DNA from: Octopus sinensis
Taxonomy: Eukaryota
Assembly: GCF_006345805.1 (NCBI RefSeq)
Contig: NC_043021.1
Coordinates: 10,292,001 to 10,356,000 of the forward strand
Reading direction: 5' to 3'
DNA: 64,000 nt
Position numbers and translations under genes: made by a program. The notes under the pieces were generated by a model. That model saw nothing but the letters and a program-made list of their open reading frames with translations, made no database searches and was not told the DNA's origin. How positions within the stretch are numbered: position 1 is the stretch's first letter; the number at the start of each line of letters is the position of its first letter. Shown here piece by piece: positions 13,219-26,813 of this stretch.

Positions 13219-15135
13219 ATCTCTGTCCCACACAGGTACTGTCTTCTCTAAGATTGCAACTATCTGTGTTTCTCTGCGACTTGTTAACCACATCATCTCA
13301 TGCTAACTCGTCTCATCCATCCCTCCTACTCTCATCCAGTTCCATCTTAAGGCATGGCACACTGGATAATTGCCTGCATTTAAAGGTTTCAAATTTTGGC
13401 ATAAGGCCAGCAATGTTAAGATGACGGTTAAGTTGATTACATTGACCCCAGTGCTCAAATGATACTTATTTTATCGACCCCGAAAGAGATAAAAGAAAAA
13501 GCCGACCTGAATTTTTAACTCGGGGCATAAATCTCGAAGAAGGGCTGTAGAGCATTTTGTTTGGTATGATGCTGATTCTGCCAGCTCCCTGCCTAATCAT
13601 GCCGTCGTGGTTTAAGGTAATGTTATAGCAATACAATTCAAAGGCCAGTAGGCCTTAATAACTTCTGGTAGAATTTAAACGATAGTGGTGGCTCTCCGTC
13701 GGTTACGACGACGAGTGTTCCAGATGATCCGATCAACTGGACAGCCTGCTCGTGAAATTAACCTGCAAGTGGCTGAGCACTCCACAGACACGTGTACCCT
13801 TAACGTAGTTCTCGGGGGAGATTCAGCGTGACACAGAGTGTGACAAGGCTGGCCCTTTGAAATACAGGTACGACAGAAACAGGAAGAAAGTGTGAGAGAA
13901 AGTTGTGGTGAAAGAGTACAGCAGGGTTCACCACCATCCCCTGCCGGAGCCTCGTGGAGGTTTAGGTGTTTTCGCTCAATAAATACTCACAACACCCGGT
14001 CTGGGAATCGAAACCGCGATCCTAAGACCGCGAGTCCGCTGCCCTAACCACTGGGCCATTGCGGCCAGGGCCAGTTCCTGCTGCTACTACTGGGCCATTG
14101 CGCCTCCAAACGACAGTATGACATAAGAAACTAACGAGGTAGTTCAAGAAACATTCGTTATAACCAATTTAATTCATGGTGTAATTTACGAGCTAACATT
14201 AAAATTTAAGGAAGTTGCGTTATTCAATTAGAATCAGCTCAACAGTTATATATTTTCTCTGATTTTAGGACAGGAGACATCAAAAAGGTTAAGGTAAGTA
14301 TTGGTTCCAACCTACGGTCTCGTAAATCTAACTCAAGAAGTGTAAGCAACATTGTGAAGCATAGTGAATACACAAACATTTTAGGTGATCCAGAAGACTA
14401 TATAGTCAGTGAGTATTACTACTACTACTACCATATATTCATGTTCTTCTTTCCTTCTTTCTTCCTAAATTTCTTCATTTCTTCCTTCCATTCTTTCGTT
14501 CTCGGCTCTTTTTTTAAAAAATCATCTCTACATTTCAGTCTATTTTCCTATTTCTTGCTTTCCTTGTTTTGTCTAATTATTATTATTTTTTTTACAGATA
14601 CCTAATATCAATTATATTCGCCTATGTATATTGTGGAGGCGCGTGGCTTAGTGGTTAGGGTGTCAGCATCATGATCGTAAGATTGTGGTTTCGATTCCTG
14701 GACCGGGCGACGCGTTGTGTTCTTGAGCCAAACACTTCATTTCACGTTGCTCCAGTCCACTCAGCTGGCAAAAATGAGTAACGCTGCGATGGACTGGTGT
14801 CCCGTCCAGCTGGGGAACACACACGCCATGGAAACCGGGAAACCGGGCCCATGAGCCTGGATTGGGCTGTGTGTTGTGTTCTTGAGCAAGACACTTTATT
14901 TCACGTTGCTCCTGTTCACTCAGCTGTAGAAATGAGCTGCGACTTCACTGGTGCCAAGCTGTATCGGCCCCTTTGCCTTTCCCTTGGATAACATCAGCGG
15001 TGTGGAGAGTGGAGGCTGGTATGCATGGGCGACTGCTGGCCTTCCATAAACAACCTTGCCCGGACTTGTGCCTGGGAGGGTAACTTTCTAGGTGCAATCC
15101 CACGGTCTTTCATGGCCGAAGGGGGTCTCCTCCTC

Positions 15136-15192
<57 letters not shown>

Positions 15193-16838
15193 CTTTATTT
15201 AGAAACAGCAGAAATATCACAAAAACTGTTACTCAGAGTTTTACGTTCCCGTTCGTCGGACAGTTTTGTTAGAATGGAACAGAAATGACGATATAATCAA
15301 ACAAAAACAAAAAAAAAACTAGTTTAAAGGATAAACCTTTGAAAAAAGCTAGATAGATAATGTATATATAGATACACACACATATATATACAAACATATA
15401 TATATCATCTTGGTTGTTGTACATATAATACACTCATGTACTATTTCTGTTTTACCTTCAAAGAGAATGACATCGCCATATTGACACTAAACCAATCAGT
15501 CAGCGAAGGAAACTGTGTCCGGTTCGCATCACTGGCAAGTCAAGGAGAAACGTTTGGCACTTCAAGATGCATCGCTGCTGGCTGGGGAAGATTGGCACGT
15601 AAGTAGGAGAAGAGTTTTATTATAAAACTTTGTCAGAAATAATCAATAATATTGTGAGGTATGCTTGCCATCTCAATATGGCTAACTACTAAGGGTGGGT
15701 GTTACTGTAGCTTGTAGCCCCAGGAGAACATCGTCTCCAGCTGGCTTTAGGTACACTTTCTGTGCCCTTCCCTCGTCAACCTAAGTGATACGCACGGACT
15801 GCAGTTTCTAGGTTTTGACCTGTTATCAGGGTACGACAATCACCGGTTTTCGATGAAAAGGTGTTCCAATGCAAATCCTTATATCGTTTTTCCAGTAACT
15901 TTTCGTCACTGATCTCGAAAAACTGTATGCAAGCAATAATAAATCTCTGAACGAGGTATAATCAATAATATTAATATGCCAATTTGTACTTTTTGTGCGT
16001 ACCTGTCGTGTGTGTCACACTTGCTTCAAAGAAGTGAGTGGCAAAGCGAGAGGAGGACAGAGAGGAAGTAAGAGAGAGAGTGAGGGAGAGAGAAAAAGAG
16101 AGAGAGAGAGAGAATGAGAGAGAAAGAGAGAGAGTAAGGGAGAAAGAGCGAAAGAGAATCGTACTCATTCCGCAGGGAATCGTACTCATGACTTTACGAT
16201 CGTGGGTCGAATACCCCTAACCACTGAGCCACGTACCTTCGTTCTCTTAACCGTAGAGAAAAGGGAGTGAAGCGATAGAGACAGCGAAAGGAAAGCCTCA
16301 GTCATATACAATGACAATTAGACTGAAATACAATAGATCTTTTCTAGCTTCTTTACTTTTAACAATGAAGAAGAGTGGAAAGACATTTAGTAATGAATAG
16401 CGGGAAAGTTTTTCAGGTGTTTACGTTTTTATTCTGGGAGTTCTAGAACGATCGACTGTTAGTTCTATCTTCTTCCCCCACCTCCGGTACTTCACCTTCT
16501 TTCATAGTTCTTCATGTCTTTTAGTTGGGGTGGGAGTGGGGAAGGCCATGTTTTTTTTTTTTCAGCCACGTTTAACGTTTCCTCTACAAACTACAAACAA
16601 GACCCCTCACCTTCCATTTTTTTTCATACAAAAACTAATGCAGATTTCGAACAGGGTATAGCTGTGAAAGGAGCCCAGAATATGGGTAATACCCTGCTAC
16701 AAAATGGGTGGGAAAGAAAAGTTGCCAACAGGTGGCTACACGAAATTCTCTATACTTTAAAGAGTGTCTTTTACTATAGGATCAGGCCGAACACAGCCCG
16801 TGAGTGAATTTGGGAGACGGAAACCGAAAGAAGCCTGT

Positions 16839-16879
<41 letters not shown>

Positions 16880-16891
16880 TATATATAATAT

Positions 16892-16924
<33 letters not shown>

Positions 16925-16965
16925 ATATATATGTATGTATATATATATATGTATGTATGTATATA

Positions 16966-17008
<43 letters not shown>

Positions 17009-18084
17009 TGTTTGTTCCTTCTCGAGCCCTGCCTGGCTCATAAGGTCCGGTTTCCCGGTTTCATTGGCGTATAGGTTCCCCACCTGGACGGGACGGCAGG
17101 AAAGAGTGAGAGAAAGTTGTGGTGAAAGAGTCAGCAGAAGTTCGCCATCACCTTCTGCAGGAACAGCGTGGAGCTTAAGTGTTTTGCTCATAGACACACA
17201 CATCGCCTGGTCTGAGATTCGAACTCGCGATCCTTCTGAAGAATGCTGTCAAACATTCGGCGGAACCTTCGTAACTATAAATGAGCGTGAATATATCTAT
17301 GTGCTCGTACTAATGCAGATATAGGCGCAGGAGTGGCTGTGTGGTAAGTAGCTTGCTAACCAACCACATGGTTCCAGGTTCAGTCCCACTGCGTGGCATC
17401 TTGGGTAAGTGTCTTCTGCTATAGCCCCAGGTCGACCAATGCCTTGTGAGTGGATTTGGTAGACGGAAACTGAAGGAAGCCTGTCGTATATATGTATATA
17501 TATGTGTGTGTGTGTATGTGTATGTGTTTGTGTGTCTGTGTTTGTCTCCCTAGCATTGCTTGACGACCGATGCTGGTGTGTTTACGTCGCCGTCACTTAG
17601 CGGTTCGGCAAAAGAATGACCGATAGAATAAGTACTGGGCTTATAAAAGAATAAGTCCCGGGGTCGATTTGCTCGACTAAAAGGCGGTGCTCCAGTATGG
17701 CCACAGTCAAATGACTGAAACAAGTAAAAGAGTAAAAAGAGTAATATACGCCGTTATTTTAATCAACTTATTGAAGATAATCATTATTCGGTTTTTCATG
17801 TGTTATTTTTCAGCTGACGGGAACATCCCCGATGCGTTATATAAGGTACCGCTTCCCATTGTTCCTCATGATGAGTGTAAAAAGAATTCAATTATGCAAA
17901 TATCGGAAGGTGTTCTTTGTGCTGGTGATTTTGTTCTAGGTGGAGCCTCAACTTGCCATGTAAGTTGCATTCATACTATTTGATATATGAACACGCGCCA
18001 ACTACCTACATACACATATACCACAAATAAAATCACACGCAAACCACCAACACACATTTACATGCATATGTGTGCGTGTACTGT

Positions 18085-18137
<53 letters not shown>

Positions 18138-18155
18138 CAGAAAGACAAACAGGCT

Positions 18156-18237
<82 letters not shown>

Positions 18238-18268
18238 TAGATAGCTAGATAGATAAATATATATATAT

Positions 18269-18348
<80 letters not shown>

Positions 18349-18351
18349 GTG

Positions 18352-18411
<60 letters not shown>

Positions 18412-19066
18412 GACAGATAGACAACATAACATGACAGTCCTGGTTAGGACGAACGTTACTGCTATTTAGCCCCAGGAAACATCGTCTCCAGATAGCTGTA
18501 TGACACACTCTCTGCGTCCTTATATTTTTGAGCACGGGAGTTTAATATCACCACTCAGCACAAAACAATATCTGTGTATCACGATTTCTGGGTTATTTCC
18601 CTTCATCAGTACAGAATAACTGTTCGGCTAGACGTGGCGATGCTAAATTCTTGTTCGAAATATAATATAGTTTTCAAAGTGACACACAGCCACTGATCTA
18701 ATAAAATAGAAGATTACTATTTGTAAACCTCTCAACGAGAAACATTCTGTAAAAGTACTCTAGAGTAAAGATTATTTGCCAACATAACGTGGCAGTCGTG
18801 GTTAGGACGAATGTCACTGCTACACACACACACAGACACACACACACACACACACACGTCACTAAAGTGATAGAGAGGGCAAAAACCACAGGAGCACTAT
18901 CTTAATGACTTTCAGTCATTAAGATAGTGCTTCTGCGGCTTTTGAGTTGTTTTGACTCTTATTTCTAGCAATGCTGGTACTACTTAGTCCCCGCTGTCAC
19001 CATAGTGACATCTATAAATTTACCTTTAGGTTGTTAAATTGCTAATAAGCCACTCATATTGTGTGT

Positions 19067-19097
<31 letters not shown>

Positions 19098-19834
19098 ATA
19101 TATATTATATAAAATCCGTTCTGTCTGTGTATGTGTGTCTTCTAGGATCTCGAGCACCCTCCATCCGATTGCGCTCAAATATGATATGTAGATACCGACG
19201 GTATCAGGGCGTGTATAAGTCTTGACAAAAATTACAAAAATCGATTCCAGGTGTGAATGCAATCGATAAAGCCGTAGGAACGTGCATTTGTACGCGCAAG
19301 TACATCAGCTGTTATATAAAATTCGTTCTGTCTGTCGGAAATTATTTTGCCTTAACTTCGTTTCTTTCTTGCCAAGCTTACTGTTTAAACCATGTTTGCG
19401 TTCTCCCAGTCAACAACCTTATTATTACTGGTACTTTAAACTCTTCTGTTGCATATTTGTGTGAATAAAATCGTTTTTCTTTGGAATAGAAAAAAAGTCT
19501 ATCTTTATTTCTTCTTTTGCTGGTGTCTCAAATTTAGGTTAAACCAGTGTTTCTCAAAGCGGAGGCCTATGGGACGGTCAGACAAGTTGTTTTGAGAAAA
19601 TTTGGTTTAAATGTTTGACAACTCAGCACCGTCCATTGGACGGGGGGCGTTTTGCTCGTCTAACATATTTCTGTTGTTTTCCAGGGTGATTCTGGAGGTC
19701 CACTTTATTGTCCTAACTCAAATGGTGAAATGGTTTTAGCAGGAGTGAACTCGTTCGGGTACGAATGTGACGAAGACATAAATGCTTTCACTGATGTCGG
19801 TTATTTCAGAAATTGGATTCAAACTCATTTGTGA
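12169..19834 (+). CDS. Secreted chymotrypsin-like S1A serine protease, paralog B (complete, 259 aa)
   Basis: Exons 12169-12217, 12846-13005, 14269-14408, 15464-15598, 17814-17959 and 19685-19834 (780 nt), all [29 protein letters not shown]...TAAHC...NDIAIL...STCHGDSGGPL...WIQTHL*. Start context gccgccATG. Confidence 0.95.
12846..13005 (+). CDS. Protease B exon 2 (IVDG...TAAHC)
   Basis: cag|TACCT...TGTGT|gtaagt; 160 nt. Confidence 0.95.
14269..14408 (+). CDS. Protease B exon 3
   Basis: tag|GACAGG...GTCA|gtgagt; 140 nt, open frame, phases match flanking exons. Confidence 0.88.
15464..15598 (+). CDS. Protease B exon 4 (NDIAIL)
   Basis: aag|AGAATGAC...GCAC|gtaagt; 135 nt. Confidence 0.93.
17323..17745 (+). 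mobile_element. tRNA-derived SINE with internal microsatellite (family 2), representative copy
   Basis: GGCGCAGGAGTGGCTGTGTGGTAAG...GGTTCAGTCCC head, (TA/TG)n middle, GTAAAAGA tail. Copies at ~35750-36155, 39985-40385, 46860-47215, 48105-48500, 53740-54115, 59050-59510, 61290-61685 and 62575-63015. Confidence 0.85.
17814..17959 (+). CDS. Protease B exon 5
   Basis: cag|CTGACGG...TGCCAT|gtaagt; 146 nt. Confidence 0.93.
19685..19834 (+). CDS. Protease B exon 6 (GDSGGP, stop)
   Basis: cag|GGTGATTCTGGAGGT...TTGTGA; 150 nt; missed by the ORF track. Confidence 0.95.
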   Translation, partial: GDSGGPLYCPNSNGEMVLAGVNSFGYECDEDINAFTDVGYFRNWIQTHL

Positions 19835-19924
19835 CAAGTACTTAAATGAAAATGTTTTTACACTGCAGCGTACTCGGAATATTAGCTACTCTGTATAAAT
19901 AATATAATGTAATATAATATATAA

Positions 19925-19981
<57 letters not shown>

Positions 19982-19983
<2 letters not shown>

Positions 19984-20232
19984 ACAATAATATTAAGGAA
20001 TGACCCTGACAGGCCGTTCAACTCACTTGAAAAGAGCAGCTAAACTCAAACCGCAAAATAGTAATTCTGAACTAAAGGAGAAATAAAAACATTTATCCCC
20101 CCAAAGTTGAAGGGGATAAATGTTTTTATTTCTCCTTTAGTTTCAGAATTACTACTATTTTGCGGTTTGAGTTAGCTGCTCTTTTCAAGTGAGTTGAACG
20201 GCCTGTCAGGGTCATTCCCTAATATTTTGTTG
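19982..20232. repeat. Near-perfect ~250 bp palindrome (fold-back/MITE-like)
   Basis: Arms 19982-20100 and 20112-20232 with an 11-nt spacer, flanked by (TA)n. Confidence 0.95.
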
Positions 20233-20374
20233 AATATATATATAGTCTGTGACTATTACTATTTTCTCACTTGCCGCTGGTTGCAGAAAATCTTTCTTGA
20301 ATTTTCTTGAATTTTTTGCTACCCTTATATGATTAATATATATATTTATAATATATATATATCTATATATATAT

Positions 20375-20422
<48 letters not shown>

Positions 20423-21777
20423 ATATATAGATATATATATATATATTAATATATATATATATATGATATATATAATTCTATATATATATATATATATTAA
20501 TAATAAAATATTAGGAATAAATCTAAACTTACAGGGAAAAATCAGATTTAAGATTAAATCCAATTTTATAGTATAAATATATTATATTATATTATATTAA
20601 ATTAGAGATAAAACCACTATTAGGCAAATCAAACAATGAAAAACATAAGCCAATACATAAAATTAATTTAATTTATATTATTTTAAATATATATCAAAAG
20701 TATTAAAAGTTTAATAAAAGATAAAGAGTAAAACACTACGATCGTTTCATGGCTGTACAATTCGAATAACAATAATTTAAATTCAATTAATAATTCGAGT
20801 TATGCTTACAGTCAATCTTCAGGTTAATTGAAATATCTAAAAATTAATCAGAAATATTTAAACAATATTTTTAAGATATAAAAATATAATAATTTTACGT
20901 ATAATAAACTCTATTATCAAACTAGAAACATAAAACAACAATTATGATTATATCAAAATCGACTATAATGTTAAATATTAATTTTAATTTATAAGGTTAG
21001 GAAACACACCAATAATCTAATATCGGTATTAATCTAAATCTAATTACATAAATATTTAAACAATGACTATTATATATAAATTATCAATGAAAATATATAA
21101 ATGTATATAAAATTATAATTAAGATCTAAAATATCTCTATAAATAAATATAAATGCACATATAATAAAAAACTTAATAAAATAATTTTTCATATTTAAAG
21201 ATGAATAGCTTATTTCAAAATACAAATAACAAACTTAAACGAACTTCGGAAATCTTATGTAAAATACTTATAAAATAATCAATTCGTAGTAATATAGTAT
21301 CGAATAAATACTATAAATACTATAATATAACTATCGATGGGAATAACTAGCGAATATCAATTTAAAAAAAACAATAACTAAGTTATGCTATTAAATTAGA
21401 CATGGCCTGGACCAATCTTTAGTCGAAACATATCTAAGTTTATCAAAGTTTATCTAATTTAATTATAAGAAATAAAACTACAATTATACTATTAAAACAT
21501 GTATAACAAAAGCCTAACTTTTTAAACCTCGTATACTTGCTATCAAAAACAAATCTATTGCTAAGTAGTATCTTACGAATAAACTTAAATTTAATATCTA
21601 ATAATATAGAAAATTACGATAATTAGATCATTACATAAACAACGATATTTACATAGGAAAAATATTATTACACCAAAGACTTATACAATATTAACATTTA
21701 CAATTTGAAGATCTTAAATATAAATAATACTTATCTTAGCGAGGTTTAGTAATATATATTATATATATATATATATA

Positions 21778-21820
<43 letters not shown>

Positions 21821-21939
21821 TTTCTTTTAAGCAGCAGAAAATTCAACAAAATCTGTTACTCTCTTAATTTAATAAGTTATGTATAAACGCACACACACAC
21901 ACACACACACACACCACACACACACGTAGATTTTATTGG

Positions 21940-21981
21940 GTACAACACATGTTTCGACCCGTTCTGGGTCTCTTCAGGTAC
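21940..21981 (-). ncRNA. Minimal type I hammerhead ribozyme motif
   Basis: GTAC-CTGAAGA-GACCC-AGAAC-GGGTC-GAAA-CATGTGT-T-GTAC; identical to the plus-strand copy at 22806-22847. Confidence 0.75.
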
Positions 21982-22105
21982 ATGAATAAAAAGTCTCACT
22001 AGAGATTTCTTGAGTCGGCTTTAAATATTCAAATATTTGAGTACTCTTTTTTCCACCTTGTTTCACATGTATGTGTTTCTTCCGGTATATATATATATAT
22101 ATATC

Positions 22106-22136
<31 letters not shown>

Positions 22137-22149
22137 TATATATATATAA

Positions 22150-22667
22150 TACCGTAAATCCTCGAGTATAGTCCGCCCTTGAGTATAATACCACAGGGGA
22201 TTTTTAGGGGGCTGTACCTCTGAAAAACCTAAACCTTGTATATAATATGCACCCCTTCTCTAACTTGAGTCAAGAAGGTCTATATAACGTCCTTGGTTTG
22301 TAAGACTCTAGACGGTAACGTCCTTTATTATTATTGTGTATATAACATAATGCAAACGTGTAGCTTTTTTGTGCATTTTGTTTGCAGAAAATAAAGAAAT
22401 AACAGTAATAACGTTTAATAGATGTTGCTTACTGCAAGTTATGGATGATTCTTTTATGACTTCATTGCTTTCAGGCTTAGCTTAAGGTATTTTCGCGCCC
22501 GACATCACAAAATACATCTGAATAAACATTGCCGGACAGCAAATAGAGACTCGGACATTGCTTAGAAAATATTTTTCGTTTTTAACCTCGTATATAGTAC
22601 ACACTAGGGATTTTGACCTTTAAATTTTGGGGAAAAAAGTGCCAATTATACTCGAGGATTTACGTTA
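22150..22667. mobile_element. Tc1/pogo-type MITE (~515 bp); second copy at 41379-41900
   Basis: TIR TACCGTAAATCCTCGAGTATA / TATACTCGAGGATTTACG; the interior matches 41379-41900 in reverse orientation. Confidence 0.85.
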
Positions 22668-22805
22668 TATATATATATATAATGGAGAAATTGTACAAAA
22701 TGTATAAATGGATGATGAGTAAAGCACCGGTACAGTTTCGATTACCTGTTGTTATAGCGGTACGTAAGCCGACTCAAGAAATCTCTAGCGAGGCTTTTTA
22801 TTGAT

Positions 22806-22847
22806 GTACCTGAAGAGACCCAGAACGGGTCGAAACATGTGTTGTAC
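22806..22847 (+). ncRNA. Minimal type I hammerhead ribozyme motif
   Basis: Intact CUGAAGA/GAAA core, 5-bp helix II, 4-bp helix I, short self-complementary helix III, GUU triplet. Confidence 0.75.
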
Positions 22848-22858
22848 CCAATAAAGTC

Positions 22859-22903
<45 letters not shown>

Positions 22904-23261
22904 TGTGTGTGTGTATACATAACTTATTAAATTGTCATTGGTATTTCATCTACATGCAGCAATAAAACATGTATTCATTCTACGTATTTTTGTGTTCTGT
23001 TTCTTTATTCATTATTAGTGACAGAAGCAGTATTAGTCCAAATTAACGATCTGTATGTGTACACACACAGACACACACACACATACACAACACACAAAAC
23101 ACACACACACAACACAACACGCGCGCGCATGCACCACTAATGCACCACCACGCACACACACAATCACACACACACACAAACACCACACACACACACACAC
23201 ACACGCGCGTATGCACAACATACATGCACACACGCACACACATGCACACACACACGCAACA

Positions 23262-23313
<52 letters not shown>

Positions 23314-24769
23314 GCACACACATCTTCTTTCGCCCTTTTCAAGCCTAGCCAGGAAGAAATTCGATGTGGCTATGGCTCCAAATGGAACCACTTCGCAGGC
23401 GAAAACCAATTCAGTCCTCGCTACCCTTCTCAGGCGAAGCGTACAGGCTAAGGGAGCGAAACTCTTGTGACCCTGAAAAGTTTTACCGATTTTTACAGTT
23501 CCACTGATAGATTGGATCTGTAGTCTTCGAATCAGCTATCTCCTTTCTGGTTATGAGAAGCCTAATTCTCAAGATGTATGTATGTATGTATGTATGTATG
23601 TGTGTGTATGTATGTGTATGTATGTATGTATGTATGTATGTACGTACGTAGTTACGTACGTACGTAGTAGATGTATGTTGTATGTACGTATGTATGTACT
23701 GTATGTATGTTATGTATGTATGTATGGATGTGGATGGATGGATGGTGGATGCATGCATGTATGTATATGTATGTATTGTATTGTATGTATGTATGTATGT
23801 ATGAATGAATGAATGACTGAATGAATGTAAGTACGTATGTACAATACACACATATAGTTCATAAAGGAGAATCAGATATTCTCTGTGTAGAATACACCTA
23901 GCAAAGCTCAATAGATTTAAGCTTGAACGGGTTTAGAAGTAAAAGAGGGGATGAACAAGTTAGACATGAATTACAAAGAAAAAATGTACATATGTTTACA
24001 TACAAAAAGGTCCGACTTACACAGAATACAAATGATATAGAGAATTAAAGGGTTTGAAGGAAAGTGCTAGAACCCAACAGCTGTTTCTTGGGGCTCCGTG
24101 GTCCAAGATAGTGTTTGTAAATTGATTCAATCGTAGGATGAGACGAGTCTCCGTCTTCAGGGAAGAGATATTATATTTGAGGTGTTAAATGAAAGAAGCT
24201 CAAAGGCAGAATGATTTTGTGGAGAGCTAAGTGAATTAGATGCGGGAATTGGGCGGGTATTCGTACTTACATATGTACGCAAGTTCAGCATTGTCTTCCT
24301 TGAATATCTGGTGACCGTGAATGATCTTAGTTTTCGAAGTCATAGTGATGAATAGTATGTACCGTAATATGTCAATAGGAAAATAGTAAATGCGACGTGG
24401 TTACATTCGTTGTGAATGCACAAAGAAAAATTGATTTGTAAGCGTACAGAAAATATATTCTGAGAAAGACACTTATGTTGTAAGAAATGATAAGAGAGAT
24501 ATAAAGAGTTCTTTTTGAATGTCACATGTTCGTCGAATGTAAATAATGTTCGTGTATAAACTTAAGTTATTGATAATTTTTTTTACAGAAAAAAAAAATG
24601 TAATAATAATAATAATAAAAAAGAGTTACAGTGTGGTGAAAATTGTTATGACACCGAAGTATGGTGGAAAAACCAAACCCAGTGAGAATATTTTAAAAGA
24701 AATCTATTTGGAATTCCACGTTGGAAATGTTGATCGGTTTTTGATTGATACTATTGATACCATAAAATT

Positions 24770-25170
24770 ATCAACCATCGCACAAACAATAACTCTGAGC
24801 ACCTCTTCAAACTCCACCCATCTAACACCCGTGGACATATTTACAAAGTAAGAAAACAGCACAGCTCCCATGACTTCAGGAAACATTTTTTCACGCTGAG
24901 AGTTGCTGAAGCATGAAACAAACTGCCGGCATCGGTTGTTAGTTGTCGGAGCACTGCATCCTTCAAAACTTCCATGCTTCCTGAGATTCGCCAACACTAC
25001 ACCTGATTTCTCCCTCATACACACATAAACAAGCATGTATCTGACTCATACACTGTTCACTTTCCAGACATTTGTACATTACTGCATGTACTTTATGTGC
25101 ACTTTCTGACAAGTTGTGGTGCACCTAAGCACTGTATACAATAATTTCATTATATATTATTATTATTATT
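24770..25170 (+). mobile_element. CR1-like LINE 3' end
   Basis: FFTLRVAEA*NKLPASVVSCRSTASFKTSM (CR1 C-terminal motif), followed by a 3' UTR ending in (TTA)n. Confidence 0.7.
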
Positions 25171-26771
25171 ATTTGATGGAGAGAATAAAGGTCTAGCTAC
25201 TGCATAATATTATTATATTGGCATCATCGGTGAGATTATAACAGGGGTCCGGAACTCTCGTGGGAGGAAAAAAATTCGCACTCGAACAGCCCTTCTCTGT
25301 CAAACTGGGATAAATGTGTCGTGCCCGAGAAACTCCGTTTGGTGGAGTGGCTGACGCAACGAATATCACAAACTCTTCTTCGTGAATACAGTTCTGCTAA
25401 CTTACACATAGTAGGGGGTCATAGTTGAAATAGAATAATTGAAGAAAGTTAGACTTTGTTCAAGGGACACTACTCTTTTCAAGAGACACTACTCTACTGT
25501 ACTAAATTTAATTTCTTTTCTGGGCACCGTTCATGAAATTTGGGGGATGGGAGTTAGTCGATTACATAGACTCCAGTACTCAACAGGTACGGCGAGCTGG
25601 CAGAAACGTTAGCGCGCCGGGCGAAATGCCTACTGGTATTTCGTCTGCCGCCTCGTTCTGAGTTCAAATTTCGCCGAGGCCAACTTTGCCTTTCATCCTT
25701 TTGGGGTCGATTAAATAAGTACCAGTTATGCACTGGGGTCGATATAATCGACTTAATCCGTTTGTCTGTCCTTGTTTGTTCTCTCTGTGTTTAGCCCCTT
25801 GTGGGTAGTAAAGAAATAGGTATTTGTTTTATCGACCTCACCGGAGTTTGAACTCAAAACATTTAACCGGAAGAAATGCCACTAATCATTTTGTCCGGCA
25901 TTCTAACGACTCTGTTAGCTCGCCACCTTGCTGTAATATATAATCTAAATATTGCTAAAGGGAAATGTGTGAAGTTAAGACTGATGGAAACTTGCTACTA
26001 GTAACTTGCAACCCAGTACTAACCGCACGTGGTCGAGTGGCCAGTGGCCATACCAGCTCCCTACGAAAGTTGCTCCGTGAGGAGAACACGTGGGTGTTCA
26101 GCAGGATTTAAAAAACGGTCTGTCAATGACAAATGAACTACTTGAAAACTGACGGCATTCATATCTTGAGGAGGATACGGGTGCTAACAGGATTATGAAG
26201 TACATTGAAAACCCCTGGAATTGAAGTACACCAGTATGTAAAACATATATGCCTGGCCGTTCAGGGCTTCTGGTTCATGAAATGACTTCAAGACTGAGAG
26301 GGTTAGAAAAGTTTGGATATTTCCAGGAAAATTAACGGATCTTTTCTATTGCTGTCATAGATTTTGAAAATTTTTAATGAAGGGAAATTTTTGAAATTGA
26401 TGTAATTTTTTACGCTGAATCCTATTTTGTTATTCATTTGTTCCAGAAAAAAAAATTGGGATAACGTTACAGGTTTGAAATTTGATCATTTTTACCCAAT
26501 CAAAGAACAGGATTTGGAAGTTGGGCGTTTTCTGCGTGATAGTCGTCTATCACAAAATGAAAGCAAAAACATAACAACAACGAAAGTTGTAAGAAGGTTT
26601 GAAGTTTTAATTAGTTTTAATGAATAAAATCATGTGAAACGGTCGAACAAGCATGTAAATAATTTTAAAAGGAAAAAAGTCCTTCGGGGAAACCTTTATG
26701 CAAAAATTTAGGGGTTAGCGTTTGGATTTAGGATTAGGGCTAGAGTTTATGGTTACGGCTCAGGATTAGGG

Positions 26772-26813
<42 letters not shown>

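Noticed and set aside
24070-24180. GAAACAGCTGTT with an upstream CTGAAGA (minus strand) as a hammerhead
   Set aside because: The palindromic helix III is present, but no helix II closes the core and helix I is weak.
26710-26772. TTAGGG-like repeats as a telomere relic
   Set aside because: Short and degenerate; more likely the interior of a DNA transposon or MITE.
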